Part shown: positions 11,971 to 24,890 of the stretch, one piece after another | Position numbering within the stretch: the first letter of the stretch is position 1 | Layout: each line of letters begins with the position of its first letter | DNA from: Octopus sinensis | Lineage: Eukaryota | Assembly (NCBI RefSeq): GCF_006345805.1 | Contig: NC_043002.1 | Span: 110,918,001-110,982,000, forward strand | Length of the DNA stretch: 64,000 bases | Direction: 5' to 3' | Position numbers and translations under genes: made by a program | The notes under the pieces: model-generated | What the model was told of the DNA's origin: nothing | Databases searched by the model: none | Seen by the model: the letters and a program-made list of their open reading frames with translations, nothing else

Positions 11971-12650
11971 AAGGCATGTGGCCTAGTGGTTAGAGTGGAG
12001 GCGCAATGGCCCAGTGGTTAGGGCAGTGGACTCGCGGTCATAGGATCGCGGTTTTCGATTCCCAGACCGGGCGTTGTGAGTGTTTATTGAGCAAAAACAC
12101 CTAAAGCTCCACGGGGCTCCAGCAGGGGATGGTGGTGATCCCTGCTGTACTCTTTCACCACAACTTTCTCTCACTCTTACTTCCCGTTTCTGTATTTCAA
12201 AGGGCCGGCCTTGTCACTCTCTGTGTCACGCTGAATATCCCCGAGAACTACGTTAAGGATACACATGTCTGTGGAGTGCTCAGCCACTTGCACATTAATT
12301 TCATGAGCAGGCTGTTCCGTTGATTTGGATCAACCGAAACCCTCGTCGTTGTAACCGACAGAGTGCTTCCATCCAGTGGTTAGAGTGTTGCACTCACAAT
12401 TGCAAGATTGTAGTTTCAATTCCACACTATTGGAGTGTTCTGTTCTTGAGCAAAAAACACTTCATTTTGTGTTGCTCCAGTTCACTCCACTGTAAATGAG
12501 TAACCCTGCAACAGGCTGATGTTCTGTTTAGGGGTAATGTTGGCCTTCCTGCCTGCCTAGCCAGAAGGGTGGCATCATTTGAAACCTAAAACAGTGCAAG
12601 GAAGTGTATTGTGTACAATAACACCCAACAGCCTGGTCAAAACTGTAATA
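11971..12650 (+). mobile_element. Older SINE (E-type head, T2-like tail) split by a younger SINE C
   Basis: aaggcatgtggcctagtggttagagtg, then the insert, then the head resumes at 12375 with gttcttgagcaa.. and a degenerate ctagccagaagggtggcatcatttgaa tail. Confidence 0.7.
11998..12374 (+). mobile_element. SINE C with tail T1, nested in the A box of an older SINE
   Basis: TSD AGTGGTTAGAGTG at 11985-11997 and 12375-12387. Confidence 0.92.
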
Positions 12651-12867
12651 CAGTGATGTATACAAGGTCGTGCAAAAGTCACACACCAGTAAAATAACCA
12701 CTTCTCTTATAAAAAAAAACTACGTCCTACACCCATAAATCTTCAGCAGATCTGAGACCGAAAATGACCTAGGTCAAAAGACCAAACCCATTAAGAGGTC
12801 ACAAATAGCTAGAGCACACACACACACCCACAAATACGCATACATACAGTCACATGGGTGTATACAC

Positions 12868-12912
<45 letters not shown>

Positions 12913-13017
12913 AAATTATAAATTTCTATAATAATTATTACCTTTGAAGGTTTTTATTCCCATGCTTGCCACTTGATAAGTTCGATATTTAAATAATGAT
13001 CTTATCCTTATATATAT

Positions 13018-13081
<64 letters not shown>

Positions 13082-13699
13082 GTACATATATATATGTACA
13101 TATAAATATGTGTGCATGTGTGTATTTTGTTTCGAATTTGTGTGAATGTGTATAGAATGTATCAGTTGAATTAAGTTAAAATGTGGTCTGGTTTTCATAT
13201 TTTTTACTATGGTATTTTAACATTAAAAAAAAGTTTTATAATGCTCATAAAGTTAAATTAGTGCTTTTATATATAGTGTAATCATCTGATTTCAAATGTG
13301 TTTAACTGACAGTTGAGTTCTTGACAACTTTAGTACCTCTTAGAACACTCCAACAAACTGAATTTTTAGAATACCTTTTGACCAATCTGCATGCAGCTTA
13401 AACATCATGGTTTGTCAGGCGTACTGATATTCTGTAACTTGTTTATATTTACATGCTAGAGATATTTTTCAATCCACATCATTAACTGATTGTTATACTA
13501 TTGCTGTTATTTCTGTTCAGAACAGGTTTAAACATTTTAATAAACCGTTTTTCTCTTATCTTTCTTCTAACTCACATGTGTCTTGTAGTTTGTGGAAAGG
13601 AAAAATTAGAAACATTTTCTGACCATATGTCTCTATATGTTCACTCATTGGAATTTGGCAAACAAAAATGATGTAGATTGAAAAATATCTCTTGCATAT

Positions 13700-13945
13700 A
13701 AATATAAACAAGTTACCAATTCCTGATGGTCCAGGAGTTTCCTTGCTTTCATGTCCTTAATTTCCCTATCATAGCTGGTCCCTTTTTGGGGGGCTACCTC
13801 CCATGCATTCTCCACATTTAATAGCCTTTCATAGTAACTCTTCCATGCTCTTTCTTTAAAGAATCACTGAGCGCACACACTCTTCTCGCCCACGACATTG
13901 TCCTGCAATCAGAGCACCTCATGCCTCTTCTGATCCTCATGCTAT
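13700..13945 (-). pseudogene. RTE-clade LINE ORF fragment
   Basis: Minus strand translates to AWKSYYERLLNVENAW..GPA with disruptions, resembling the RTE pre-RT region. Confidence 0.6.
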
Positions 13946-14342
13946 AGAACAGTAATAATAATAACTTATCTACAATAATTTAACTACAGTCATCAACTTC
14001 ATATTACTTTGCTATACTCAACAATGAACTGCACTCCTTCATGAAACAGACCTACTTATGAGATGTGATGTAGAAGATTGCAACTGAGGTAGGAACACAG
14101 CACGACATAAATGGCAAAATTTGAACAGTCAATTCTTTGTGTGGTAAGGCACAGCTCTGTAAACACAGAAAACTTCTGCTGTCATAGAAGACACATAAAC
14201 TCTAGAAGTGATGACTTATCATCAATCCTGTCTAAAATACTGTACTCTTGTTTGATTGACTATGTTCCTCCAAGTATGTATCTGTCACTATAGCGGTTGT
14301 AATAAGGTGCAGTGTTATTTTCACTAAACAGACATGTGTGTA

Positions 14343-15090
14343 TACTCTTTTACTCTTTTACTTGTTTCAGTCATTTGACTGCGGCCATGCTGGAGCACCG
14401 CCTTTAGTCGAGCAAATCGACCTCGGGACTTATTCTTTGTAAGCCCAGTACTTATTCTATCGGTCTCTTTTGCCGAACCACTAAGTGACGGGGACGTAAA
14501 CACACCAGCATCGGTTGTCAAGCAATGCTAGGGGGACAAACACAGACACACAAACACACACACACACACATATACATATATATACATATATATACGACAG
14601 GCTTCTTTCAGTTTCCGTCTACCAAATCCACTCACAAGGCATTGGTCGGCCCGGGGCTATAGCAGAAGACACTTGCCCAAGATGCCACGCAGTGGGACTG
14701 AACCCGGAACCATGTGATTGGTTAGCAAGCTACTTACCACACAGCCACACCTGCACCTATATACGACGGGCTTCTTTCAGTTTCCGCCTACCAATCCACT
14801 CACAAGGCATTGGTCGGCCCGGGGCTATAGCAAAAAGACACTTGCCCAAGATGCACGCAGTGGGACTGAACCCGGAACCATGTGATTGGTGACAAGCTAC
14901 TTACCACACACACACCACAACCTGCACCTCTATACGACGGGCTTCTTCAGTTTCCGCCTACCAATCCACTCACAAGGCATTGGTCGGCCCGGGGCTATAG
15001 CAGAAGCACTTGCCCAAGATGCCACGCAGTGGGACTGAACCCGGAACCATGTGGTTGGTTAGCAAGCTACTTACCACACAGCCACTCCTG
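14343..15090 (-). mobile_element. SINE A (14343-14755) with two extra tandem copies of its 5' half
   Basis: The head half is repeated at about 14757-14930 and 14930-15090; the extra copies carry several single-base deletions. Confidence 0.85.
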
Positions 15091-15639
15091 CTAATATTAT
15101 TTTGATATTACTCTACTCTCTGCAAGTAATACCTACTTTTTCCCTGAAGAATTCACAGCATTCCGTTCACTTTCACTGAAACCCCTTTTTTTTACACATC
15201 ACTTCATACCAGCAGGATTTCATGTCATCAGATTTTACAATTCCAATTCTTTTTTACGAGCTTTCTCTAATCTTATTTCTTCAAATGATGTCAATAGTTT
15301 TCAGCAACAACTTAAAAATGGCTGAAGTGTTGAACACTATTCAACAGATTTAGTTTGTACAAGAGTACAAAATATTGCATGATGTTGCAGTAGAGTACGT
15401 TACTTTAATTTGCTTTATGTCATCTATAAAGGGAAAGCTACTAATCTTGCATTCCATAAACTAACTGGAATCTAAACATATCTTCTCTAAGACTATTTGG
15501 GAATTTATCTGGGCTTAAAATCTCCTCCCAAAATTGCCAGCCTGAAAAAATTTAACTTTGAGAGGAAGAAGAAAAAAAATAGGAAGAGGAAAGGAATAAA
15601 TTAATTAAATGAATAAATAAAGGAAAGAAAAGGATATAA

Positions 15640-15804
15640 ATGAAGAAAGAAAGAAAGGAAGGAAGGAAGGAAGGAAGGAAGGAAGAAAGAAAGAAAGAAA
15701 GAAAGAAAGAGAGGAAGGAAGGAAGGAAGGAAGGAAGGAAGGAAGGAAGGAAGGAGGGAAGGAAGGAAGGAAGGAAGGAAGGAAGGAGGGAAGGAAGGAA
15801 GGAA

Positions 15805-15835
<31 letters not shown>

Positions 15836-15871
15836 GAAAGAAAGAAAGAGAGGAAGGAAGGAAGGAAGGAC

Positions 15872-15921
<50 letters not shown>

Positions 15922-15941
15922 GAGGAAGGAAGGAAGGAAGG

Positions 15942-15981
<40 letters not shown>

Positions 15982-16010
15982 AAAGGAAAGAAGGAAAACA
16001 GAAGATTGGA
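15640..16010. repeat. (GGAA)n/(GAAA)n compound microsatellite
   Basis: Direct inspection. Confidence 0.97.
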
Positions 16011-16314
16011 AAAGGAAAGAAAGAGAAAGATAAGGGAGGGAAGAAATGAGGAACAAAAACATTTCTTATTACTTTAAACTGAGTTCTTCCCAAAAGCCAA
16101 CTTCCCAAACCATATTTTTGCAGAAAAACCAGATGAGATAAGCTGGACAAGTCCGTTATATACCAGACCACCCCATAAAGCTGCTCCTTTGTAAGAGAAA
16201 ACATGCTGTTGAAGAACAAAAGACATCCAAGGATTACCTAAAAGCATCCTTAAAAGACTTTAATATTGTAGTTGACTCCTGAGTGCTGCTTGCCTGTAAC
16301 CAACTTAACTTACA

Positions 16315-16545
16315 TATTTCTTTATTACCCACAAGGGGCAAAACACAGAGAGGACAAACAAGGACAGACATAGGTATTAAGTCGATTACATCGACCCCAG
16401 TGCGTAACTGGTGCTTAATTTATCGACCCCGAAAGGATGAAAAGCAAAGTCGACCTCGGCGGAATTTGAACTCACAACGTAACGGCAGACGAAATACCAC
16501 TAAACATTTCGCCCGGCGTGCTAACGCTTCTGCCAGCTCGCCGCC
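16315..16545 (-). mobile_element. SINE family D
   Basis: Minus strand GGCGAGCTGGCAGAA...GAGTTCAAATTCC head, central TTTCATCCTTTCGGGGTCGATAAATTAAG(T/C)ACCAG, tail GTAA(A/T)AAAGAAATA. Confidence 0.9.
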
Positions 16546-16994
16546 TTAAGGAGTATACCTGCTTCCTCCATGGCACTGTGCCAAAATAAAAAGCCATTAT
16601 TAGTTTCTTTTTTCATTGAAAAGAAATTTTGTCAAAAGGAAGGAAACCAACTTAACTTACAGTCTGACCTTACATTGGTGTCCAAGCAGCAAAAAGCAAA
16701 GGAACTATTCTTGACAAGAAGAATTGTTCCCCAAAAAGATAGAACAATCAGTACTCCAGTTGCTACACTTTAGGGCACATGTATTCTAATCTAAGAGCTT
16801 TTTCTTGGCCTGGATAGTACTCAACAGTAACACTGGCACCCACGTGATTAGACATACAAGCTAATTCTGAGTTTTAGTTATCTTCAACAGAGATGAAGAA
16901 CACATGGCTGTGAATTAAAAGTATCACTTCAGTTTAGCTACATTGATTGAAGTAAACAGTGTAGAGTTCTACATAGTAATGCTACCCCACTTTA

Positions 16995-17378
16995 GTGGAG
17001 GCGCAATGGCCCAGTGGTTAGGGCAGCAGACTCGCGGTCGTAGGATTGCGGTTTCGATTCCAGACCGGGCGTTGTGAGTGTTTATTGAGCGAAAACACCT
17101 AAAAGCTCCTCGAGGCTCCGGCAGGGATGGTGGTGATCCCTGCTGTACTCTTTCACACCACAACTTTCTCTCACTCTTACTTCCTGTTTCTGTGTACCTG
17201 TATTTCAAAGGGCCGGCCTTGTCACTCTCTGTGTCACGCTGAATGCCCTGAGAACTACGTTAAGGGTACATGTGTCTGTGGAGTGCTCAGCCACTTACAC
17301 GTTAATTTCACGAGCAGGCTGTTCCGTTGATCGGATCAACCGGAACCCTCATCGTCGTAACCGACAGAGTGCTTCCAC
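16995..17378 (+). mobile_element. SINE C with tail T1
   Basis: Same consensus as 3877-4262, with several 1-bp deletions. Approximate TSD ACCCCAC. Confidence 0.9.
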
Positions 17379-18117
17379 ACCCCACCTTGAAATAGTAACT
17401 GCATCTGAACAGAGGTCCACTATAATTTTACATTGGTGCCATAGAATCATTCTTATTTGATTATACTATAAAAATACCATAGAAGTCAACTCTTATGGTG
17501 TCACACTCCTGTTTAATACTATTGCTTTATACCAATGATGGAGCTTAAGCTAAGGAAGAAGTTTATATGCAGTCACATGAGCTGATAGAAATAGCTGCTA
17601 AATCTCTTATATTGTACACCCTGCCACTAGTTGTCTTTTGAATGCTTTTATGAAAGTAAAAGTAAAAATTAGAAGATATCATGCTAGCAATTAGAACTCA
17701 TTTCATTCAGGTGCAAAGCCCTGAATCTCTTAATGTGACCACAAATGTACTCCTGCATGAATTTGTATTGATGCTTTGCAGAATAATCTTCGAGAAATTC
17801 ACAAATCATTTGTCCCTCTGGTATTTCAAGGTTGATGGACTTTTTCAAGTCAAAAAACCTTGGCAGAAACCATTAAATGTGTTGTTTCTGGATGCCACAT
17901 TACTACTGTTCAGAAACATACTATCAGCTCATCAAATCTATGCGTCCCTTTAACTGCATAAACAATGATTGTTATCAATAAATATTCGCATTTTCACTCG
18001 CTTTCCCATGGTTTGACATTTCTTCAACTGTCGTTTCTTGCTTGATGTTTGGTTTAAATGGATATTGAGGAACTTGTTTCGCGTCTTCCAAACTGGAACC
18101 ACTTTTGCATGATACTC

Positions 18118-18492
18118 TCTCTCTTTTACTTGTTTCAGTCATTTGACTGCGGCCATGCTGGAGCACCGCCTTTTAGTCGAGCAAATCGACCCCGGGACTT
18201 ATTCTTTGTAAGCCCAGTACTTATTCTATCGGTCTCTTTTTGCCGAACCGCTAAGTAACGGGGACATAAACACACAAGCATCGGTTGTCAAGCAATGCTA
18301 GGGGGACAAACACACACACATACATTTATATATATACATATATACGACAGGCTTCTTTCAGTTTCCGTCTACCAAATCCACTCACAAGGCTTTGGTCGGC
18401 CCGAGGCTATAGCAGAAGACACTTGCCCAAGATGCCACGCAGTGGGACTGAACCCGGAACCATGTGGTTGGTTAGCAAGCTACTTACCACAC
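18118..18492 (-). mobile_element. SINE family A
   Basis: Consensus match; a few 5' bases missing. Confidence 0.9.
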
Positions 18493-18727
18493 ATCTTTTT
18501 TAATCTAAGATATAGTTTGAGAGAAACTTTGCAGCTATTCCTAGCAAGTCAAGCAGCCATGCATAGGCTTCTTTGTTGTCCTGTATAAGCACAGTGTATA
18601 TAAACACGGTCAATATGACTCCAGGAAAAACTTGAAATTGGAATTATTAACAAAGTAGAAAAGATAAGGATAATTAATCCTAAGGATCAATAGTAATAAC
18701 TTCTTTTACTTTTATCACTGAAGCAAA

Positions 18728-19426
18728 TCTTTATATATAAAAGTCAAGTTGTGTGTCTGTCTCCTACAATTTAGATTCCTAACTACTCCCACATTTTGCA
18801 GTGCAGTTTAACCAAAACTGGGTATCTTATAGTCGTGATTCATATCGAGCCCTTCTGGATATTAGCGAGTGTCTATGATGAGTCTACGATTTTAAAAATA
18901 ATTTACCATCATTTTTTTTCATTTTAATGCATTTTTTCGCTATTATATAAGGGAAGTAACTCTCTAAAAATGTCTATGATGAGTCAACGATTTAAAAGTA
19001 ATTTACCATCATTTTTTTTCATTTTAATGCATTTTTTTTTCGCTATTATATAAGGGAAGTAACTCTCTAAAAATGTCTATGATGAGTCAACGATTTAAAA
19101 GTAATTTACCATCATTTTTTTCCATTTTAATGCATTTTTTCGCTATTATATAAGGGAAGTAACTCTCTAAAAATGTCTACGATGAGTCAACGATTTAAAA
19201 AAAATTTACCATCTTTTTTTCCATTTTAATGCATTTTTTCGCTTTTATATAAGGGAAGTAACTCTCTGAAAATGTCTACGATGAGTCAACGATTTAAAAA
19301 AAAATTTACCATCATTTTTTTTCCATTTTTAATGCATTTTTTGCTATTTTTTAGCTATAACTCTCTAAAAATGCTTATATAGTTATTTCCCTTACAAACC
19401 CGAGCAACGCCGGGCGATACTGCTAG
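18728..19426 (+). mobile_element. Non-autonomous Helitron with 5 internal ~100-bp units
   Basis: A|TCTTTATATATAAAAG start, CCCGAGCAACGCCGGG hairpin, CTAG|T end. Confidence 0.93.
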
Positions 19427-19860
19427 TATTTTATGTATGAAAATTATATTCTTTAATCACATCCCTGCATAACAAAAGGAAAAAAGAAGTTGGCTTGATC
19501 CTGTTTAGATTCTGTAATCAAACTTGAGGTCTGCTGTATCTTGGAAGCTGCCACTGGAATTGCAACAAAGCAATTTACATGTAGAGATATGGTGTTTTCT
19601 TGTAAACTCTATTGATAACATGATTATGTGATAGGAGGCTGAAACAGAGAAATAGTTGCAGGATAGGGATAAAGAGAGAGAGGGAATGGAAAGGAAAGGT
19701 GGTTAGTGGCATGTGGTGAGGGTGAATGTTAGATTGAAATCTGTTGAGTAACAGTGGAGAGGTGAAATAAAACATATACATACACACACATGTATAGGTA
19801 TATGTATGTATGTGTATGTGTGTGTACATGTGTGTCCGTGTGTATATATATATATATATA

Positions 19861-20078
19861 TACTCATTTACTCATTTACTTGTTTCAGTCATTTGACTGC
19901 GGCCATGCAGGAGCACCACCTTTTAGTCGAGCAAATCAACCCCAGGACTTATTCTTTGTAAGCCTAGTACTTATTCTATTGGTCTCTTTTGCCGAACCGC
20001 TAAGTGACGGGGACGTAAACACACCAGCACCGGTTGTCAAGTAATGCTAGGGGGACAAACACAGACACACAAACATAT

Positions 20079-20113
<35 letters not shown>

Positions 20114-20282
20114 CATATATATGACAGGCTTCTTTCAGTTTCCGTCTACCAAATCCACTCACAAGGCTTTGGTCGGCCCGAGGCTATAGCAGAAGACACT
20201 TGCCCAAGATGCACACAGTGGGACTGAACCCGGAACATGTGGTTGGTAAGCAAGCTACTTACCACACAGCCACTCCTGCGCC
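19861..20282 (-). mobile_element. SINE family A
   Basis: Full consensus match. Confidence 0.9.
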
Positions 20283-20344
20283 TATATATATATATATATA
20301 TAATATGTATATATGTGTATGTACACATATGAGTGTGTGTGTGT

Positions 20345-20985
20345 GTGTTCATCATCATTGAGATCATTACCACTACCAGTTACCACCATACTTTTACTAT
20401 GACACCATCAACACTATTCCCCCGACCTATTACTATTACTAATGTCTTTTGGCACTGCAATAACCTCACCATAATATCACAACCATCATCATCACTATGA
20501 ACCTTACCCTCATCCTCTTCCTCTCTGCCACTGCCATCATCCTTATCAACACCATCCCATCTTAATCATTGTCCTCGGCTCTGATGACCTTACTGCTATT
20601 ATATTCCTTATGCCACCCTGGTAGCCTCTTTTCCTCCCTACCCTTAACAACACTGTCATAATCCTTTTCATCGACATCATCATCGTCATCATCGTCACAA
20701 TCATCATCAGTATCCTCAATATCATCACTACCATCAATTTCTGCAGCATCATCTTAATTTTTATCGTCAGCATCATCATCACCCTTCTTAGCACTGTTAT
20801 CTTTATCCCTGCCATTGTGGCCACCACTACCATCACCACCATCATCATTAGCATTATCTTCAATACCATCATCATTCATCATCATCATTAGCATCATCAT
20901 CATCATCATCATCAAAGTCATCATCATTGTTGTCATCGCCATCATAGTCATCTTCGTCGTCACCGTCATCATGACATCACTAATC
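20345..20985. repeat. Degenerate (CAT/CAC/CGT)n trinucleotide region
   Basis: Direct inspection; the source of the M/I-rich ORFs. Confidence 0.9.
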
Positions 20986-21189
20986 GCTTATTTCAATCCA
21001 ATCAATGTCATTGTTGCTGAAAATCCATTTGCTTTGGATTGCATGGATTGTCATGAAATGCAAATACTTGTAGGACGTGGGTCGTGGGGTGGTGCAGGGT
21101 GGCAGAGGGTGGCAGAGGGAAGATGGAGATAATGGAAAGGAGGAAGAGGAGGGGTATGAGCCTGAGGGTGAGAAAGTAGGAGAGTGAGA

Positions 21190-21206
21190 AAAAGAGAGAG
21201 TGAGAG

Positions 21207-21245
<39 letters not shown>

Positions 21246-21246
21246 A

Positions 21247-21337
<91 letters not shown>

Positions 21338-21340
21338 GGA
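21190..21340. repeat. (GAAA)n microsatellite
   Basis: Direct inspection. Confidence 0.96.
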
Positions 21341-22059
21341 ATGGGTGGAGAGATGATTATATCTCAGTTTAAGATGCGAGACACTGGTAATTCCAATGTC
21401 TATTGCAAGTAACTGCTGAGGAAAATACTTCACGAATGTAATGGCCCTTTTTAACCCCTTTACCCCTTAAAACATAAACGTCTGCTACAGAAACATCCAA
21501 CAGTAAAAGAATGCTAATGCACACATACACAGACACGAGGGTTTGGGGGTGGGTCTTGTTGGTGGTTTGGAAACTAATAGCATTAGGATGGGAATGAGTA
21601 GGAAGATATAAAGTCATTGGGCCCCGGTCAGGAATGTCAAAATGCTTGTTGATAGATTCAGACCATTTTCTTATTGTGGAAGATTCCATTTCACTGAGTA
21701 CTTTTTGTCAAATGGAATCGTGGAGCTCAAACAGAACATTTTGTGAATGCCTGAAATCTGAAATGTCTGTCCAGAGGAAAATAATGCGGTGGTATGTTTT
21801 GTTCTGTTTGTGTGTGTGTGTGTATGTTTGTATGTGTGCATGAGTGTGTATGTGTGTGTTTATGTCTGTGTATTCTTTCTGTGTATTTTGGAAGAGGAAG
21901 ACATAAAGCAGAAAAGTTTATATACACATATATAAAACGTTCTTCTCTCTCTCTCTCTCTCGCATGCACACACACACGCACACACACACACATAAACAGA
22001 CAGAGAGGAAGGAGAATGAAATATACACACACACACAATACTATCCCAGACACAACATA

Positions 22060-22456
22060 TCTTTATATATAAAAGTCACGTTGTGTGTCTGTCTCCTACG
22101 ATTTAGATTCCTAACTACTCCCACATTTTGCGGTGCAGTTTAACCAAAACCGGGTATCTTATAGTCGTGATTCATATCGAGCCCTTCTGGGTATTAGCGT
22201 GCATCTACGATGAGTCTACGATTTAAAAAAAATTTACCATCATTTTTTTCCATTTTAATGCATTTTTTTCGCTATTATATAAGGGAAGTAACTCTCTAAA
22301 AATGTCTACGATGAGTCAACGATTTAAAAAAAATTTACCATCATTTTTTTTCCTTTTTTAATGCATTTTTTTGCTATTTTTTGGCTATAACTCTCTAAAA
22401 ATGCTTATATAGTTATTTCCCTTACAAACCCGAGCAACGCCGGGCGATACTGCTAG
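22060..22456 (+). mobile_element. Non-autonomous Helitron, 2 units
   Basis: A|TC start, hairpin, CTAG|T end. Confidence 0.93.
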
Positions 22457-23203
22457 TTAAATATATTAATCTATTCATGCTGAACATTGTCGCTAGATAA
22501 TAATAATAAAGACTTTTCAAACATGCTGGCCAAAATTGGACGAAGAGGGCAGACCAGTGATTTGCTGCTACTGAAATACTAACTGGGACTTAGTAATCTG
22601 GGTGAGGGAGCCTGATGGTGAAAGACCTGAACACACTGAAACATCACTGATGATGCCTCTCAGAGTATCTTCAAAATGTATGCCAAAACTAAACTCTCTT
22701 TATCTCCAGCTTCTATTAAGATGAGGCCAGCAATCTCCAGTTGATATTCATCTACTCCACGTTTCAAAGGTAAGGACAAGACGCAACTTCGTTGATACAG
22801 TCCTTCCCACAAAGCAAATTAAATAAAATTTGGGATTTTTTGCAGAGGGTGAAAGTGGTAACAAAAACAGTAAAAACAATAAAAAAAGTAAAAATAGTGG
22901 AAGAGAGAACAATGAAAACAAAACAGTAAAAACAAACGATGAGGTCTGTTAAGCCAAGACGATGGGAAAATTATTCTGAACGCTTAAGGAGACAATATCA
23001 CACACACACACACACACACACACATTGCATCCTCTTTTAATTGCCATATATAGCTGGCAAAAGTTGTGACATTTCTCCCTTCCTGAATCCTAAAAGAGGC
23101 TCTAATTTTATTCAGGCAGGCCTTCAAGTGGCCTTCTCTTACCCCCAACATATTTCTGTATATGCATCATCTCATAGGTATTTGTTGGTTTCTCTGTTGC
23201 ATT

Positions 23204-23739
23204 CATCATCATCATCATCACCATTTAGCATCCGCTTTCCATGCTAGCATGGGTTGGACGGTTCAACTGGGGTCTGTGAAGCCAGAAGGCTGCATCAGGC
23301 CCAGTCTGATCTGGCAGTGTTTCTACGGCTGGATGCCCTTCCTAACGCCAACCACTCCGTGAGTGTAGTGGGTGCTTTTTACGTGCCACCCGCACAGGTG
23401 CCAGACGGAGCTGGCACCTGTGCCATGAATGGATGGTGCTATGAATGAATGGATGGGGCCAGGCGAGGCTGGCAATGGCCACGAACGGATGGTGCTATGT
23501 GCCACCAGCACAGGGGCCAGGCAAGGCTGGCAACGGACACGAACGGATGGTGCTTTTACGTGCCACCAGCATGGAGGCCAGTCAGAGCGGGGCTGGCAAC
23601 GGCCACGATTGGATGGTTCGCTTAACCACAGCTGCAATTTCCATTGATGTTGATCGACTTCGATTTTGGTTCTGCTTTCTGATATCTGATTTGATTTGGT
23701 TTGATTTTGATTTTGATTTGATTTTGATTTTGATTTTGA
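23204..23739 (-). mobile_element. Repeat B (RTE 3' end)
   Basis: (CAT)n tail, unit array, shared caatttccattgatgttga segment, (GATTTT)n end. Confidence 0.9.
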
Positions 23740-23989
23740 CCCTTAAATTTCATTCCACCCTTTTGCCACCACCAAACCTATCTAGAGTCTAGGTAGGTAG
23801 GTTTGTGTGTGTGTGTGATATTGTCCCTCCTCTTTGTGTGTTTCTGTATAAGAAAAGGTCTCACATATTTAATGTAAGTTAGATATCTTTGAATAACTGG
23901 TATTATCCAAGCCATTGCTTGACAAAAAGCTCTATCTATATGGTTTTTACAAATCTAAAACCAAGAAAAGGAGTGACTATTAAGTATAG

Positions 23990-24280
23990 GTGGAGGTGCA
24001 ATGGCCTAGTGGTTAGGGCAGCGGACTCGCGGTCACAGGATCGCGGTTTCGATTCCCAGACCGGGCGTTGTGAGTGTTTATTGAGCAAAAACACCTAAAA
24101 GCTCCACGAGGCTCCGGCAGGGGGTGGTGATCCCTGCTGTACTCTTTCACCACTCTTTCTTCTGTTGGCCTGCTCGCTTAGCCAGCGGGGTGGCGTCATT
24201 CAAAGGCTAAAACAATGCGAACGCATTGTGACCAGCGATGTGTAACAACATCTGATGGTCTGGTCGGTCACGTGATGGTG
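23990..24280 (+). mobile_element. SINE C head with alternative tail T2
   Basis: C head followed by ttggcctgctcgcttagccagcggggtggcgtcattc...GGTCGGTCACGTGAT. TSD ATTAAGTATAGGTG at 23979-23992 and 24281-24294. Confidence 0.9.
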
Positions 24281-24589
24281 ATTAAGTATAGGTGATTGAA
24301 ATTTTTGGTCATTAGGCAATGTGGATTCAAGTGAATTTGATCTTCAAAGCTATCTGGTAAATACAATATGTTTCGGTATTAAAGAGGCTCTTTGAGTTCA
24401 GTTAGCAAGACAAAAGATAAATTATCAATATATTATAGAAATAGAGATGTAGTGATGTTGATTTGAAATATGGCTGATGAGAAAATACCTCAGGGGAACA
24501 ATTTACATAATAAATACATCTGCAATAGGGTCTCACTTATTTAAGATGGTGAACTAAAACTTATTGATCAACTAAGACTATCCAAGAAA

Positions 24590-24890
24590 TCTTCTTTATA
24601 TATAAAAGAGAGGTTGTGTTCTGTGTCTCCTACGATTTAGATTCCTAACTACTCCCACATTTTGCGGTGCAGTTTAACCAAAACCGGGTATCTTATAGTC
24701 GTGATTCATATCGAGCCCTTCTGGGTATTAGCGTGTGTCTACGATGAGTCAACGATTTAAAAAAAAATTTACCATCATTTTTTTTCCATTTTTAATGCAT
24801 TTTTTTGCTATTTTTTGGCTATAACTCTCTAAAAATGCTTATATAGTTATTTCCCTTACAAACCCAAGCAACGCCAGGCGATACTGCTAG
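24590..24890 (+). mobile_element. Non-autonomous Helitron, 1 unit
   Basis: A|TC start, degenerate hairpin, CTAG|T end. Confidence 0.9.

Noticed and set aside
21600-21775. Minus-strand exon candidates near 21.7 kb (also 25487-25546, about 14060-14165, about 38290-38327, about 7015-7175)
   Set aside because: Splice-like signals exist, but several frames are equally plausible and none is recognisable.
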